Below are positions 16,992 through 19,261 of a stretch of DNA of 19,261 nt, one piece after another (the stretch's first letter is position 1; each line of letters begins with the position of its first letter). The translations under genes were made by a program, and so were the position numbers. The notes beneath the pieces were generated by a model. That model was not told the origin of the DNA, ran no database searches, and was given only the letters and a program-made list of their open reading frames with translations. The DNA is from Promethearchaeota archaeon (GTDB taxonomy: Archaea > Asgardarchaeota > Lokiarchaeia > Sigyniarchaeales > SOKP01): NCBI GenBank assembly GCA_048940445.1, contig JBHLON010000047.1, positions 1 through 19,261 of the forward strand. Reading direction: 5' to 3'.

Positions 16992-17000
16992 AAATGTAAT

Positions 17001-18695
17001 ATGGCACAATTAGGAGGTCAACCCATAATCCTGTTAAAGGAAGGGACCGAACGCCAACGCGGAAAGGATGCAATGGAGAATAATATCGCAGCAGCGAAAG
17101 TAATTGCTGAAGCTGTTAGAACTTCATTAGGTCCAAAAGGCATGGATAAGATGCTTGTTGATCAGTTTGGTGATGTAGTAATTACCAACGATGGAGCTAC
17201 AATTTTAAAGGAAATCGATGTGCAACATCCAGCAGCCAAAATGATGGTTGAAGTTGCCAAAACCCAAGATTCTGAAGTAGGTGATGGTACAACTACTAGC
17301 GTCATCCTTGCTGGAGAGTTATTAAAACGTGCAGAAAAACTTTTACAACAAAAAATTCATCCGACAGTAATAACAGAAGGTTTTCGCAAAGCAGCTGATA
17401 AAGCAATCGAAATTTTAGATAAAATGTCAATTAAGAGCGGAATTGATGATTATGAAGGCCTAAAGAATGCAGCAATGACTTGTATGTCCAGTAAAATTGT
17501 ATCTGAATCAAAAGAAATGCTAGCTGAACTATGTATTGACGCAATAAAGTCTATTGCTGAACAACAAAATGGAAAATGGAAAGCTGACATTGAAAAAGTT
17601 CAGATTCAGAAGAAAGAAGGAGAAAGTATAGATGATACTAAATTAATTAAAGGAATCATATTAGACAAGGAAGTTGTTAGCCCAGGAATGCCGAAAAGCA
17701 TTAAAGATGCAAAAATACTTTTATTACAAAGTGCAGTAGAAATTGAAAAAACTGAATTTGATAGTAAACTTCAAATTACCAGCCCAGAACAAATACAACA
17801 ATTCTTAGATGAAGAAGAACACATGCTAAGAAATATGGCTGAAAAAATTAAGAAATCGGGAGCTAATGTGTTAATTTGCCAAAAAGGAATTGATGATATG
17901 GCTCAACACTTTTTAACTAAAGCAAACATTTTAGCTGTAAGGAGAGTCAAGAAATCAGATATTGAAAAGCTATCCAAAGCCACTGGTGGCGCGATTTTTA
18001 CTAACCTTGATGATATTAAACCCGAAAAGCTCGGTTATGCCGGTTTAGTTGAAGAACGAAAAGTAATGAATGATAGCTGGATTTTTATTGAAGAGTGCAA
18101 AGATCCAAAGTCCGTTGTTATATTAATTAGAGGTGGAACCGAATTAATCGTTGACGAAGAAGAGAGAGCAATTCATGATGCGCTATGTGTCACTCGAGAT
18201 ATTATCGAAGATGAGAAAATCGTAGGAGGAGGCGGTGCCCCAGAATTAGAAACCGCAATCCAATTACGCAAATATGCTCAGACATTAGGCGGCCGTGAGC
18301 AACTAGCTGTAGAAGTTTTTGCTGATTGCCTAGATATCGTACCAAAAACCCTCGCCGAAAACGCAGGTCTAGACCAAATCGAAGTTCTCATGAAATTACG
18401 AGCTTCCCATCAAGCAGGTAATAAGTTCGCAGCTCACGATCTAGATAGCGGTGAAATAATCAATGACATGATGAAAATAGGCGTCGTTGAACCAACCGCC
18501 GTTAAAATTCAAGCTATTAAAAGCTCAACCGAAGCTGCTTCAATGATTCTCAGAATCGATGATGTTATCGCCTCTGCAAAGCAAGCGGGTCCTCCAGGTG
18601 GAATGCCTCCAGGAGCTGGTGGTTATCCAGGTATGGGCGGTATGGGAGGATATCCGGGCGGTATGGGCGGTATGCCTCCAGATATGGAATATTAA
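17001..18695 (+). CDS. ths: Thermosome (group II chaperonin) subunit
   Basis: [39 protein letters not shown] and ILRIDD motifs; Gly/Met-rich tail. Confidence 0.98.
   Translation: MAQLGGQPIILLKEGTERQRGKDAMENNIAAAKVIAEAVRTSLGPKGMDKMLVDQFGDVVITNDGATILKEIDVQHPAAKMMVEVAKTQDSEVGDGTTTSVILAGELLKRAEKLLQQKIHPTVITEGFRKAADKAIEILDKMSIKSGIDDYEGLKNAAMTCMSSKIVSESKEMLAELCIDAIKSIAEQQNGKWKADIEKVQIQKKEGESIDDTKLIKGIILDKEVVSPGMPKSIKDAKILLLQSAVEIEKTEFDSKLQITSPEQIQQFLDEEEHMLRNMAEKIKKSGANVLICQKGIDDMAQHFLTKANILAVRRVKKSDIEKLSKATGGAIFTNLDDIKPEKLGYAGLVEERKVMNDSWIFIEECKDPKSVVILIRGGTELIVDEEERAIHDALCVTRDIIEDEKIVGGGGAPELETAIQLRKYAQTLGGREQLAVEVFADCLDIVPKTLAENAGLDQIEVLMKLRASHQAGNKFAAHDLDSGEIINDMMKIGVVEPTAVKIQAIKSSTEAASMILRIDDVIASAKQAGPPGGMPPGAGGYPGMGGMGGYPGGMGGMPPDMEY
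18588..18680 (+). repeat. Low-complexity coding repeat in the thermosome tail
   Basis: GGTATGGGCGGTATG occurs at 18630-18644 and 18660-18674; the segment encodes [31 protein letters not shown]. Confidence 0.8.
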
Positions 18696-18703
18696 GCAAT
18701 AAA

Positions 18704-18730
18704 TTTCATTTTTTTAACTTTATTTTTTCT
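18704..18730 (+). terminator. Oligo-T terminator after the thermosome gene
   Basis: Consecutive T-runs directly downstream of the stop codon. Confidence 0.5.
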
Positions 18731-19010
18731 ATATTCTTACAAATTAAGATTAAGTTTAATAATTAGTTGCACCCTTTTTATCGGCTTAATCTTAAATTGA
18801 GCTTCATTTTTGAATTGATCTATTTTTTTATTCATTTTTATTTCATTGATATTTTTTTATTTACATTTTAGGAAAAAATTTGATTATTAAATAAAGATTA
18901 TAATTTGTTTTATACCCTCTATCACAGTTTTGTAAAAAATCTGTTTATTTAAATACCAGACCCTCTTATTATCTAATTAAAAATTGGTATTCCATTAAAG
19001 GGAAAAATAA

Positions 19011-19253
19011 ATGTGGTTTAAAGATAAGAAGAAACCCGCAAAAGAAAAAAGGTTGCCTACCTTTGCTTATTATATCATAGCTGCTCTTATAATAGCAGTA
19101 ATTTTTGCTTTTGGAATAAGTGGAGTTATTGATAATTATATGATTGACTTAAATTACTGGGATGTAGTAATTCGATGGTTTTTTCCTTTACTTCTTGGTG
19201 GTTTGGCAATAGCAGCAGCAATTTTGTTAATTTGGCATGGGGAAATGGGTTAA
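19011..19253 (+). CDS. Small hypothetical membrane protein (2 TM helices)
   Basis: 80-aa ORF with a basic N-terminus and two hydrophobic segments. Confidence 0.7.
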   Translation: MWFKDKKKPAKEKRLPTFAYYIIAALIIAVIFAFGISGVIDNYMIDLNYWDVVIRWFFPLLLGGLAIAAAILLIWHGEMG

Positions 19254-19261
19254 CAATATAT

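Noticed and set aside
16985-16999. Mini-uORF ATG GTG AAA ATG TAA just before the thermosome start
   Set aside because: It overlaps the SD site and is easily produced by chance.
1-19261. CRISPR array, tRNA, rRNA, transposase or integrase
   Set aside because: I saw no regularly spaced repeats, cloverleaf or mobile-element protein motifs.

Overview
AT-rich archaeal chromosomal window, most likely from an Asgard archaeon of the Lokiarchaeia type. That assignment is inferred from archaeal-type AspRS, type II MetAP, Pth2, thermosome, Alba, eL38, eL40 and an Rpn11/BRCC36-like JAMM protein. Most genes are housekeeping: prs, map, aspS, truD, pth2, rpl38e, rpl40e and a thermosome subunit. There are also an orphan Mod-like DNA methyltransferase, a degenerate IscU/NifU-like protein and several hypothetical proteins. 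Three genes are missing from the ORF track: an MfnD-like ATP-grasp gene running off the left edge, a 54-aa zinc-finger microprotein and rpl40e. truD is also truncated in the track. Two things stand out. (1) A candidate ~485-nt structured non-coding RNA at 8743-9226 has its own TATA box, a 12-bp terminal helix, many internal hairpins, a cUUCGg loop, repeated Sm-site-like U-tracts and a U-rich terminator, and I cannot assign it to a known family. (2) The hypothetical protein at 679-1920 looks like a fusion of a Bro1/ALIX-like domain and a C-terminal ESCRT-I steadiness-box-like module. All homology calls are by eye from remembered motifs; no searches were run.
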